Source: Octopus sinensis
Taxonomy: Eukaryota
Length of the DNA: 64,000 bases
NCBI RefSeq assembly: GCF_006345805.1
Contig: NC_042997.1
Span: 116,436,001-116,500,000, forward strand
Direction: 5' to 3'
The translations under genes and the position numbers were made by a program. Of this stretch, positions 1 to 11,399 are shown piece by piece. Below the pieces are notes generated by a model. The model did not search any database, was not told the origin of the DNA, and saw only the letters and a list, made by a program, of their open reading frames with translations. Numbering within the stretch: the first letter of the stretch is position 1; each line of letters begins with the position of its first letter.

Positions 1-126
1 CATCCAGCTGTAGAAACATTGCCAGACCAGATTGGAACCTGGTGCAGCCACTGGCTTTCCAGACCTCAGTCAAACTGTCCAACCCATGCCAGCATGGAAA
101 TCGGACATTAAACGATGATGATGATG
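1..126 (+). mobile_element. RTE 3' end
   Basis: catccagctgtagaaac...cccatgccagcatgg...aaacgatgatgatgat, same tail as 7492-9362. Confidence 0.85.
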
Positions 127-284
127 ATCTATTATTTTAAAACATTTTCATTCCTTCAAAATCTTTTATAAACATGTATTGAATTGTTGGTATGCTAATT
201 ATCTCTTTAATTATGATTTCTAGCATTATCACAGTGCCACACAGTTTTTAGATGAAGTCTCTACTCCATTATATCATCCCCAGT

Positions 285-485
285 AAGGCGGCAAGCTGGT
301 AGGGTCATTAGCGTGCTGAACGGAACGCTTAGTGCTATGTTCTGGGTTCAAATTCCACCGAGGTCAACTTTACTTTTCATCCTTTTGGGGTCAATAAGTT
401 AAGTACCAGTTGAACACTGAGGTTGATGTAATCGACTCATCCCTTCTCCTCAAACTGCCGCCCTTATGGCAAAATTTGAAACCAT
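285..485 (+). mobile_element. SINE family C (short-tail variant)
   Basis: aaggcggcaagctgg...ggttcaaattcc head, cttttcatccttttggggtcaataa...agtaccag centre, aaaatttgaaacca end. Related copies at about 7295-7490 (-), 47998-48250 (+) and 57285-57450 (-). Confidence 0.75.
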
Positions 486-910
486 TACATCATCCCCAGT
501 ATTTGAAATATTGCTTCCCCTCTAAAGGATGAAAGGTAAAACTTGGTTTGGGCAAAGATTGAACTCATATCAGAAAGTGGTTTAACTAAACATCACAAGG
601 CATTTTGTCAACCATTCCACTAACTTTGCCTATCCATAAACTTCAAGTGTAGAGCAAATTCAAAATATTTTTTTTCTCTGCTCTTTCCATATCTTCATAT
701 TGACGAATAGAGTTATAATCGATAAATAAATAATGTTCCATTTTATTCATTTATTACTTTACTGTTTCAGGAAACTAAAAGGACAAATTTTGAAGTTTTA
801 GTAATAAAAATGCCCTTAGAACATATTTTTGTCTAAATGTCTGGAGTAAAGAACTTGAAACAATTCAAGTATGCAACTGATAAAAGAAATGGAAGCAATT
901 CTCGACCAAC

Positions 911-1024
911 CTGACTGTTTGCTCTGTAACTTCTATGTCGACATCTAAGCCAAAAGGATAGCAGCACATCTGAACAACTCGTAACAAGATTTCGGTCGGC
1001 AATTCTGAACTTTTAACATCAACA
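911..1024 (-). CDS. STK36: STK36 exon 11 in window (S-VDVKSSELPTEILLRVVQMCCYPFGLDVDIEVTEQTV)
   Basis: Acceptor ttttttgtatttag|T. VQMCCYPFGLDVD matches recalled human VCQLLCFPFALDMD. The donor GTCAG|gttggt is the most plausible one but is less certain. Confidence 0.85.
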
Positions 1025-1200
1025 CTAAATACAAAAAAAAAAAAAAAAAAAATCAGAGTTAAAACAAAGAATAATTTAATTATTATTATTTTATATGAAA
1101 TGTATTAATAATAAAAAAACAAAAATCTATTTTGAAATCTCAGTATTGTTTATAGACCTGGCTGTGTGGTTAAGGTACTCACTTTGTAACCACATGGACA

Positions 1201-1663
1201 CAGGAGTGGCTGTGTGGTTAGTAGCTTGCTTAACAACCACATGGTTCCTGGTTCAGTCTCACTGCATGGCACCTTGGGCAAGTGTCTTCCACTGTAGCCA
1301 TAGGCTGACCAAAGCCTTGTCAGTGGGTTTGGTAGATGGAAACTGAAAGAAAGCCGTCGTACGTACGTACATACATACATATGTACATACACACATACAT
1401 ACATACATACACACATACATACATACATACATACAGACAGACAGATAGATAGATATATGTGTGTGTGTGTGTGTATGTTTGTGTGTCTGTGTTTGTTCTC
1501 TCAACATCGCTTGACAACCTATGCTAGTGTGTTTACATCCCTGTAACTTAGCAGTTCAGCAAAAGACACCTATAGAATAAGTCCTGAGATCAATTTGCTC
1601 GACTAAAGGTGGTACTCCAGCATAGCCACAGTCAAATGACAGAAACAAGTAAAGAGTAAAGAG
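1201..1663 (+). mobile_element. SINE family A (tRNA-like head, CORE-like centre, internal TA/TG microsatellite, TAAAAGAG tail)
   Basis: ggagtggctgtgtgg...ggttcagtc (A/B-box-like), ccttgggcaagtgtcttc, then ...gcatggccacagtcaaatgactgaaacaagtaaagag. Confidence 0.88.
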
Positions 1664-1826
1664 TTATTCTTTTATTCTGTTAAGAACATCAGCTGAGATC
1701 ATGTTGGGGCACCACCATCTTGGAAAACTTTTTAAAAAGCAAAACAATTCATTGTTAAAAATGATAAACTGAAGAAAAAAAAAAAGATCATACATCATTT
1801 TGTGAACAATTCAAGACCACAGATAC

Positions 1827-1930
1827 CTTTTAATGAGGATTGCAAGAAATTCCTTGGTTAACAAATGGTTAAGTGATAGCATAAATATTTTGTCTGGTAC
1901 AGATAAATAAGTGACAAATTCCTGAGGAAC
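1827..1930 (-). CDS. STK36: STK36 exon 10 in window (VPQEFVTYLSVPDKIFMLSLNHLLTKEFLAILIK)
   Basis: Acceptor ttttttttcttacag|GTT, donor AAAAG|gtatct; 104 nt, phase 0 to 2. Resembles recalled human [24 protein letters not shown]. Confidence 0.9.
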
Positions 1931-2479
1931 CTGTAAGAAAAAAAAAATTATTCAACATGTACTAATAACAATATAGAATTATTTAAAAAAAAATAATGAT
2001 ATAAGAATAATATGGAAACTCCATTTTTATATTTGGTTTGCAAAATACTTAATGTGAATTTGTACGTCAAAACAAATATTGCTCTCTTGGGAGGGTCATT
2101 AAGCCAATAATAACAACTGCACTGGTTTAATATCACTTCTTAACCCTTTCGCTACTGTAATTATAGTAACAATAGAAATCATGTATAATTAATCTAATAC
2201 TTTATTAGTAATGGTCTTAAATTGTTTTTCACATGCCACCAGCACATGTGCCAGTAAGGCGACGCTGGCAACAATCACGCTTGAATGGTGCTTTTAACAT
2301 GCCACCGGCACGGGAGCCAATCTGTGACTCTGGCAACGATCACGCTCAGATGTGCTTTTAACGTATTGTAATAATCCACCACAAGGTTCAACCCCATTAT
2401 GGTGTGATAGTTTGTGCACCTCAATGACACTGAGAGATATGCCAGCTGAGGACAAGCTCCTAGTAGGGTCTCTCATACT

Positions 2480-2742
2480 GGACAGATCAAAAGACAGACA
2501 CTAGACTAATATCAACCACTTCTTCACAGAAATAAAAATGGGCCAATATAACGGCACAGGGCCAACATTGAAGGGAAAATCAGCAGCATCAGCAGATATC
2601 TCCTTCAAATGCAATCGCTGTATATGTGACTGCTATTCCCAATAGAGGCCTGTAAGCCACAGCAGATGCTGCACCACCATCAGCAGCTGACATGATTTAT
2701 TTGGGCACAAATTCATGACTTCTCGAGACCGATGGATGCCTA
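2480..2742 (+). mobile_element. Old RTE/BovB-like LINE 3' end
   Basis: Decayed C-terminal finger FKCNRCICDCYSQ*RPVSHSRCC followed by a tail ending tctcgagaccgatggatgccta. Confidence 0.55.
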
Positions 2743-3051
2743 CTATAAGACAATTTTGTTTGTTCCTTCTCGAGCCATGTCTGGCTCATAAGAGCCGGTT
2801 TCCTTAGAGTATAGGTTCCCCACCTGAACATGATGCCGGTCCGTCACAGGTGAGCTGCAAGATGCAGGAGGAAAGAGTGAGAGAAAGTTGTGGCGAAAGA
2901 GTCCGCAGAAGTTTGCCATTACCTTCTGCCGGAGCTGCATGGAGCTTAGGTGTTTCGCTCATAAACACACACATTGCCCGGTCTGAGATTCGAACTCGCG
3001 ATCCCTCGACTGCGAGCCCGCTGCTCTAACCACTAGGCCATGTGCCTCCAC
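2742..3051 (-). mobile_element. SINE family D, tail type 1
   Basis: tRNA-like head tgtggaggcacatggcctagtggttagagc...gagttcgaatc, then acacctaagctcc..., ending gagccagacatggctcgagaaggaacaaacaa. Confidence 0.8.
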
Positions 3052-3171
3052 TACTGTAAGACAATACTATCAATTTGTCTGAAGAATCCAATCATTTAAG
3101 AATAACTGAATCAAATAGATGTCTTGGAATTATTTCATTTACTTTGTTTATATTACAGATTCTTTCCTTAC

Positions 3172-3396
3172 TTTAGTGAAGACATTGACAGCAATTTCCA
3201 AAGTTGCAACAAGTCCTTGAGGAGAGACCAAAGACCAGTCAGGTTTCTGGAAGTGGTTAGCATCTAAGCTGGTTTCTAGATCATGGATTGGTCGATTATT
3301 TTGTGGATTGTTCACTTGAAGAGCCTGGGCTATTCGATGCCATAAAATGTCCCAAACACCAGTTTCAGTAAACAGCTGGATCATTGGAATGTCCCC
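3172..3396 (-). CDS. STK36: STK36 exon 9 in window (GDIPMIQLFTETGVWDILWHRIAQAL...KPDWSLVSPQGLVATLEIAVNVFTK)
   Basis: Acceptor ttgtctacttttag|GGG, donor AAA|gtaagg; 225 nt. WDILWHR and PDWSLVSPQG match recalled human WTVLWHR and PDWTLISPQG. Confidence 0.95.
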
Positions 3397-3514
3397 CTAA
3401 AAGTAGACAATAAAAATAATGTCACTAAAACACAAAAGAAAGGAAAAATAATGTGGAAAAGGGGACAGGAGAAATAAAAGAAACAAAAATATCATTTGGC
3501 TATTATTTGTAATA

Positions 3515-4404
3515 TGAGGTCTGATCAATAAGTATCTGGACTGTTGCCATAGTAACAAAGCCAAAGCACACAGGATGAAGCTGCTTGGAAAAGATGGACC
3601 TTGAATTCTGCTGTGCATGTGCACTAAGTTTTAATGTTCTAGCTCACTTCTGTTGTTTATAGCAATGCTTGGAAGGAAGGTGTGTAGAGTATGATTGCCA
3701 TATTGACCAAAACCAAGAAAGTTGTCATGGCGATACCTGCTCAAAGGCCTACGCAAAGTTGCAGAAAACGTATGGAGAGAGTGTATGAACCACACACAAG
3801 TGTACGAGAGATTCAGACGTTTCCAAGATGGCCAAAAAAATGTTGATATTGATGAGCATTCTTGGAGACCCGTAACCAGCAGAACTGAGGAAAACATAGC
3901 AGATGTATGTGTAGCTGTGAGGGGAAATCATTGAATCACCATCCGTGAGTTATCAGAAGATGTGCAGATTAGTAACGGTTCAGTTCAGTCCATTATCACT
4001 GAAGATTTGGGTATGAGACGTGTGTCTGCCAAGGTTGTGCCAATACTGCTTTCAGCTGACCAAAACAACACTCAGGTTTCAGTTGCACAAGATCTCCTTA
4101 ATTGTGTCGAAAATGATGAAAACTTTTTGAAAACTTTGTGTAGGCTTCTGAGAAGGTATTGCCAAGCTTTTGGCAAAATTTTATGCAAATTCTCTGCTCA
4201 ACTTTGTCATGGTCAATGCAATGATCACATGCTACACATCATCTTTCTAAGCCCTGCTGTAAACAGCGGAAGTGGGCTAGAATGTTAAAACTTAGTGCAC
4301 AAGTAAAGCAGTGTTCAAGGTCAATCTATGTGAAGCAGCTTCACTCTGCAAGCTTTAGTTTCGTTACTATGGCAACAGTCTGGATACTTATTGATCAGAC
4401 TACG
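3515..4404 (+). mobile_element. Internally deleted mariner element
   Basis: TIRs gaggtctgatcaataagtatctggactgttgccatagtaac and its reverse complement at about 4363-4404, with TA on both sides. Decayed N-terminal transposase (YERFRRFQDG...GRP-like...ITEDLGMRRVSAKVVP); no catalytic domain. Confidence 0.92.
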
Positions 4405-4463
4405 TACATAATTTGATATACAGGACGTTCATAAATTATCTCTACAGCTTCCACATTTTATTG

Positions 4464-4623
4464 CAGTAGTTCTCAACCTTTCTAACATCCATGCCAAATC
4501 CAAAGCATGCATTCTTTTTTAAGGGACTGCACCAAAAAAATGTATAACACAAGTCAATTTATAGTGGGAAGGCCATTAAGAGCTGCCAGAAGGATGCTTG
4601 TGAGCCACAGCTGAGAACTGTTG
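4464..4623. mobile_element. hAT/Charlie-type MITE
   Basis: Ends cagtagttctcaacc and cagctgagaactgttg, which form imperfect TIRs. Confidence 0.5.
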
Positions 4624-4745
4624 ATTTCTTGTGTCAGAAGCTATGCCAAATGACACTAGAGTCTGGTGCAGCTCCCCAGCTTGCCAGCTCTGGCCAAACC
4701 GTTCAACTCATGCCAGCATGGACTACGGGTGTTAAATGGTGATGA

Positions 4746-4960
4746 TAAAGGGGTGCTGAAAAGATCCTGGCTTTAAGGGCATCGTGAAAAGTGTGGTTGG
4801 GGGCACAAACTTCCGAGTTCTTTTACAGGGCTTAGAAAAACTGAAGGACCACTGCAATAAGTGTGTGAAACTGAGAGCGGAATATGTAGAATAAAATCAT
4901 CAACTGATCCTCATGTATTTTCTTTTACCCAAAGCCAGGAACTTTTCAGCACTCCCTTAT
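4746..4960 (+). mobile_element. Mini-mariner (MITE-like)
   Basis: TIRs ggggtgctgaaaagatcctggcttt / aaagccaggaacttttcagcactccc. The interior encodes a mariner C-terminus (QGLEKLKDHCNKCVKLRAEYVE*). Confidence 0.75.
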
Positions 4961-5214
4961 ATATGCTGTATGGTGAGACAGTTGCTTCCCAACCATGTGG
5001 TTCCAGGTTCAGTTCTACCGTATGGCTCAGGCCAATCAAAGCCCTGTGAGTGAATTTAGTAGATGGAAACTAAAAGAAGCTTGTCTTATATATGTTTCTT
5101 ATTCTTAAACAAGAATATTATTGATCATGATTATGAAGTTTCAGCCAGTCAAGCCATCATCAGATGATAGCTTCACAGACTGAAACTTCAAAGTCACAGT
5201 CAACAATGTTTTTA

Positions 5215-5519
5215 TTTGCACCATTCGAGCGTGATCGTTACCAGTGTCGCCTTACTGGCACCTGTGCTGGTGGCATGTGTAAAAAGACTCGAGCGAGGTC
5301 GTTGCCAGTACCACCTGACTGGCCCCATGCCAGTGGCATGTAAAAAGCACCTACTACATTCTCGGAGTGGTTGGCATTAGGAAGGGCATCCAGCTGTAGA
5401 AACTGCCAGACTGGAGCCTGGTGCAGCCATCTGGTTCGCCAGTCCTCAGTCAAATCATCCAACCCATGCTGGCGACATTAAACGATGGAAAGCGGACGTT
5501 AAACGATGATGATGATGAT
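5215..5519 (+). mobile_element. RTE 3' end
   Basis: Two to three tandem units plus the conserved tail and (GAT)n. Confidence 0.85.
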
Positions 5520-5894
5520 AAAATATGTAGTCTGCAAAAGTATAGAGTAACCTGTTAGATTAACGTACGATTGTTTTTATTATAACTGAACATAAAAACA
5601 AACATTAATATCATCATCATCGTCATCATTGAATGTCCGCCTTCCATGCTAGCATAGGTGGACATATACATATATATCTTTCACTCAATATATCAATGAA
5701 GAATGGAAAGATAGGTGAAAAAGAAAAAAAAAAATGGTGCTTTTTCAAACAAAGTCCATTGAATTATATATACTCCCATGTCACTCTCACTGTTGTGAGT
5801 GTAGAGAATGAATCAGTGTCCCATTGGAAGCCTGTAACTAGTGATACTATAGTCAGATAAAATATACAGATAAACAAATAAAGAAATACTGTCA

Positions 5895-6086
5895 TTGCGA
5901 TTCATAAAGACAGATAAAGGACACTGCATTGTGATTCTGCAAAAGATGAAAGTTAGTGATGTGTTTATGGATATAGTGGAGGGAGAAAAAAAAAATTTTC
6001 TAGAAGATAAAATTCTAATAAAAATGAATTGTGGAAGAGAGACTGTGAAGCTGAACAAATCAAATAAAACAGAAAATCAGCTTTAA
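5895..6086 (+). mobile_element. Possible decayed Penelope-like RT fragment
   Basis: IKTDKGHCIVILQK resembles the KADKG-x-VVILDK motif of Penelope RTs; otherwise eroded. Confidence 0.3.
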
Positions 6087-6569
6087 GTTATTATCATTAA
6101 CGTAATGACCTTTGTATTTAGGTTCCACAATGGTACGTGTGCGTCTATCAATCACAGAATAACACAGCCTGGCATAGCTGTGACAGACTGATTTATCCAA
6201 GTGATGGAATATCGTGTCCCTGGCATTGTTGATGGAGTTGCAAGAAAAGCAGGCAGAACAATAAACCGAGATATAAGTCGGAAGCATATTTAAGTGTATT
6301 GCTTAGCAACATGATTTACCGTTATCTTGGATATAGCGTCTCGATTAATCCACCTACTTTACTTTTAGGCAAAAAAAAAAAAACAAGAGGAAAGAAGATA
6401 GCAATGAATAAAAACATTTTTCAGGAACATTTCTAAAGACATCATTTTTGTTTTGTTTTGTTGTTTTTATTTTCTTCGGACTGTTTCATTGTACTTCTTG
6501 GAACTGTGTCGTTGTGAAGCTCTGATTTGAAGTTTATTTTTGAAGTACTAAGTACTTTCTCCCTCTCTC

Positions 6570-6600
6570 TCCCTCTATATATCTATATCTATCTATCTAT

Positions 6601-6635
<35 letters not shown>

Positions 6636-6754
6636 CATACACATACATACATACATACATAAACATATGCACATATTTACATACATATACAAGTATACAC
6701 ACATATATATATATATATATGCATACATATATAAACACATGCACTATATATACA

Positions 6755-6819
<65 letters not shown>

Positions 6820-6850
6820 GACACACACACACACATATGTATATATATAT
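6570..6850. repeat. Compound microsatellite (TA, CATA, TC, CA)
   Basis: Direct reading. Confidence 0.95.
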
Positions 6851-7491
6851 TTGTGAGATACTGAATTTCCTCTGCTTATTTAGTTATAGTTTAGGAAATG
6901 TTTATCTTCATTATTGCTGTATCACGCGCCTCTATTTTCTTATGATGATTGAAATCTTACTTCCTAAAGCAACACTGAAGACAGTAGTTCAATATTCAAA
7001 TGATTATTTATGGTTCTGTATAGTAGAAAAAAAAAAACTGTATTAACCCTTTTGGTACAAACACACTTAACATCATCTACATTCTATGAATTAAGTTTCA
7101 TGCTTGAAGGGATCTAAATTTTAAGATTCTTTGAAAATTCCAAGTAAATTTATTTTCCAACAGCTTAATAATGACAAAGTCATGGTACTAAATTCTTCAT
7201 TATTTTCACAGAATTATGGTAATAAAAGAGTTTTAGATTAAAATCTTCTGTCAAAATTTTATGTTAATTTATGTTCCAAGGATCAGATTAATAATGGTTT
7301 TAAATTTTGCCACAAGGGCAGCAATTTTGGGGAAGGAGATAAGTTGATTACATCGACCCCAGTGTTCAACTGGTACTTATTTAATCAACCCTGAAAGGCA
7401 AAGTCAACCATGGCAGAATGTGAACTCAGAACATAGCGACAAGTGAAATATCGCCAAGCATTTCATTCAGCGTGCTAATGATTCTGCTAGA

Positions 7492-9362
7492 AGAATTCAA
7501 GGTAGAGGTTGGGGTCCACCAGGGTTCAGTCCTCAGCCCCCTCCTATTTATCTTAGTCCTCCAGGCAATTATGGAGGAATTCAAGACAGGATGCCCCTGG
7601 GAGCTCCTCTATGCTGACGACCTTGCTCTAATTGCTGAGTCACTATCAGAACTGGAGGAGAAGTTCCAGGTGTGGAAGGAGGGATTAGAATCGAGGGGCC
7701 TTAGAGTCAACCTAGCTAAAACCAAAGTTCTAATAAGTAGGAAGGTAGACAAACCACAAATGCCTTCAGGTAGATGGCCCTGCTCGATCTGTAGAAAAGG
7801 AGTAGGTAGAAACTCTATAAGATGTACCCAGTGAAACATGGGCTATGGACACATAAGAGGTGCAGCAATGTCAAAGGAAGGCTAACTGGGAAGATAGTTT
7901 TTGTATGTGGCAGATGCTCAGGAGCAATAAACTCTGAAAATCTGCAGAAAACAGCTTCTGTCACTTTCCAGGGAAAAAAACTAGAAGTAGTTGATAGCTT
8001 CCATTATCTAGGTGACCAAGTCAGTAGTGGTGGGTGTGCTGAAAGTGTAACTGCTAGAGTAAGAATAGCCTGGGCAAAGTTCAGGGAGCTCTTACCTATG
8101 CTGGTGACTAAAGGCCTCTCGCTCAGAATAAAAGGCAGACTGTATGATGCATGTGTACGAACAGCCATGCTACATGGCAGTGAAACATGGGCCGTGACTG
8201 CTGAGGACATGCGTAAGTTCGCGAGGAATGAAGCCAGTATGCTCCGATGGATGTGTAATGTCAGTGTGCATACTCGACAGAGTGTTAGTACCTTGAGAGA
8301 AATGTTGGATCTAAGAAGCATCAGCTGTGGTGTGCAAGAGAGACGATTGCGCTGGTATGGTCATGTGGCGTGAATGGATGAAGATAGGTATGTGAAAAAG
8401 TGCCAATCCCTAGCAGTTGAGGGAACCCATGGAAGAGGTAGACCCAGGAAAACCTGGGACGAGGTGGTGAAGTACGACTTTCGAATTTTAGGCCCCACCG
8501 AGGCAATGACCAGCGACCGAGACCTTTGGAAATATGCTGTGCGTGAGAAGACAGGCAGGACAAGTGAGTCCAGCCCACTTAAGCATGTCTTTCCTCCCTT
8601 GGACAAACAAAGACCTGTTGAGGCAAGCGAGGTCGAAATTGAACCTCATCCGACGACAGGCACCCATGCCAACCTCACTTCATTAGACACTAAACCCTGC
8701 TTGCGAAGACCTGTTGGGGCAAGTGAAATCGAAATCAGAATCGAAATTGAACCAATCCTATGACTGGCACCCGGCAGTTGCGAGGGCCGCTGGACTGACT
8801 CCTGTGCAGGTGGCAAGTAAAGAAACACCATTTCGACCCTATGCTTGAGGAGATCCATTGAATCAAGTACACCGACATCAAAATCAATGGAAACTGCATT
8901 TGTGATCCCTGAGCCGGTGGCACGTAAAAAGCACCATCTGAACGTGGCCGATGCCAGCGCCTCCTAGACTGGCTTCCATGCTGGTGGCATGTAAAAAGAG
9001 CTATCCGAATCGGGGGTGATGCCAGCTCCGCCTTGACTGGCTTCCGTGCTGGTGGCACATAAAAAGCACCATCCAAATTGTGGCCGATTGCCAGTGCCAC
9101 CTTGACTGGCTTCCGTGCCGGTGGCACGTAAAATGCACCAATCCGATCGTGACTGTTGCCAGCCTCGCCTGGCACCTGTGCAGGTGTCACGTAAAAAGCA
9201 CCCACTACACTCACGCAGTGGTTGGCGTTAGGAAGGGCATCCAGCTGTAGAAACACTCCCAGATCAGACCGGAGCAGCCTTCTGGGTTCCCAGATCCCCG
9301 GTCGAACCGTCCAACCCATGCTAGCATGGAGAACGGACGATAAACGATGATGATGATGATGA
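7492..9362 (+). mobile_element. 5'-truncated RTE-clade LINE (RT C-terminal half, Cys/His finger, long 3' UTR, (GAT)n tail)
   Basis: RT motifs GVHQGSVLSPLLF and LLYADDLAL, finger WPCSICRKGVG-RCTQ-WTHKRC-CGRC, RLRWYGHV. Interrupted by stops at about 7832 and 8371. The 3' UTR has about 60-66-bp tandem units and ends aaacgatgatgatgat. Confidence 0.92.
8915..9205 (+). repeat. About 60-66-bp tandem repeat array in the RTE 3' UTR
   Basis: About five imperfect units of gtgccggtggcacgtaaaaagcaccatccga...gactggcttcc, each with a GTGCC-N3-GGCAC-like hairpin. Confidence 0.85.
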
Positions 9363-9374
9363 TAATGAATATCA

Positions 9375-9507
9375 AAAAATACCTTAGGAATAAGAACCTA
9401 GGTACAAAATTTCCCCAAGAATCTGATGAAGGCTGGAGGATATATCAGCCGAAACGTGTTAACAGCAAACAAGAGGAGGACAAATATTCGTCAAATGTAA
9501 ATAATGA
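9375..9507 (+). mobile_element. Penelope-like terminal-repeat fragment with hammerhead core
   Basis: CTGATGA-A-GGCTG-gaggatatat-CAGCC-GAAA-CGTGTT at 9423-9460. Same family as 30428-30611. Confidence 0.7.
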
Positions 9508-9663
9508 CAAAATTATTTTACTACTAAATCCTTCATTATTTCCAAAATCAATTCAAACAAAGGCAGTATGTTTCAGCAGCAATACTGGTTTCAAATTTTG
9601 GCACAAGGCCAGCAATTTTGGGTGAGGAGGTGAGTTAATTACCTTGACCACAGTACTCAGGTA

Positions 9664-9889
9664 CTCTCTTTAACTCTCTTTTACTTGTTTCAGTCATTTG
9701 ACTGCGGCCATGCTGGAGCACCGCCTTTAGTTGAGCAAATCAACCCCAGGACTTATTCTTTGGAAGCCTAGTACTTATTCTATCGGTCACTTAGGCCGAA
9801 CTGCTAAGTTATGGGGACGTAAACACACCACCATCAGTTGTCAAGCAATGGTGGGGGGACAAACACAGACACACAAACATATACACATG

Positions 9890-9929
<40 letters not shown>

Positions 9930-10106
9930 TACACATATATACGACAGGCTTCTTTCAGTTTCCGTCTACAAAATCCACTCACAAGGCTTTGGTTGACCTG
10001 AAGCTACAGTAGAAGACACTTGCCCAAGGTGCCACGGAGTTGGAATGAACCTGGAACCATGTGGTTGGTAAGCAAGCTACTTACCACACAGCCACTCCTG
10101 TGCCTA
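9664..10106 (-). mobile_element. SINE family A
   Basis: Full-length reverse copy. Confidence 0.88.
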
Positions 10107-10820
10107 TAAATGTGTGACGCTTACAGCACCTAGGTTTCCCAAGCGGTCACCCATCTAAGTACTAACTAGTCTCGACGTTGTTTAACATCGGTGATCAAAC
10201 GAGAACCAGTGCTTTCAACGTGAGTACATTTTTTTTTTTTTATATCAATCTCAAAAAGATGAATGGCAAAGTCTACCTTGGCAGAATTTGAGCTCTGAAA
10301 GTAAAGACTAACAAAATGCTGTGACACGATTTGCCTGGCATGATACTGATTGTGCCAGCTTGCAGTCTTTCGGAAAAAAGTATTAGAAACAAAATGGTTA
10401 AAGTGTTGTAAATTAAAACCTTTCACCAAATTCTATGTTTTGTTTCAAATGCCAGCATAATAACGGCAAAGTTATTTTCCTAAATTCTTCATTATTTTCA
10501 GATTTAATTAAAAAGAAAAATAGATAAATTAACAATATATTTCAACGGAATTCTGGTAATGAACTAATCAAATATTTTGTAATTAGTTAATAAATTACAT
10601 AAAAGATTTTGTTAGAGTCAGGTAATTTTGATTTCACAGAGAGTCAAATACAGTGAGTATCAGATATGACATTAGTGAAAGACAGCTAATGACTAATCCG
10701 TGGCATTATACTTGGTTTTATACATTTCACTTCACTTCACTTTCATTGCAGAAAGGCATGAATGTCATGTAATCACTCATCCTTCTCTCATACAAATTAC
10801 GTTATTAGAAACGTTGATAT

Positions 10821-11105
10821 TCATCATCATCATTTAACGTCCGCTTTCCATGCTAGCATGGGTTGGACGATTTGACTGAGGTCTGGCAAACCAGACTCCA
10901 ATCTGATCTGGCAGAGTTTCTACAGCTGGATGCCCTTCCTAACGCCAACCACTCTGTGAGTGTAGTGGGTGCTTTTATGTGCCACCGGCACGAGGGCCAG
11001 TCAGGCGGTAGTGGCAACAGCCACACTCAAATGGTGCTTTTTATGTGCCACCTGCACAGGAGCCAGTCCAGCAGCACTGGTGACAACCTCACTCGAATGT
11101 TTCAC
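10821..11105 (-). mobile_element. RTE 3' end
   Basis: Reverse complement of the RTE tail, starting (CAT)n-ttaacgtccgc. Confidence 0.85.
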
Positions 11106-11399
11106 GTGCCACAAGTGCTGATATTGATACACAAAAACTATTCAACAAGCCTCAGACATTACTGGGTGTTCAAATTAAATTTGATGGTTTTTTTTTCTTA
11201 GGTTTCCTTTTTTTTAAGACCAGTGTGATGTGTTGGTGAACAGTCAACAGCATTGGAGAGCATAAAGATTAAAGCTGTAGTTGAGAAAAAGTTATCTGAC
11301 ATGGAGGACTGGAAGCCATCTGAATATAAGGAAAAGGATTAGTTATCTGTTTTATAATGATTCACACTGAATATGAAAATGCCAACATCATAACGGCTG

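Noticed and set aside
8915-9205. Regularly spaced palindromic repeats superficially like a CRISPR array
   Set aside because: The 'spacers' are homologous to each other, the units are degenerate, there are no cas genes, and the array is part of a eukaryotic RTE 3' UTR.
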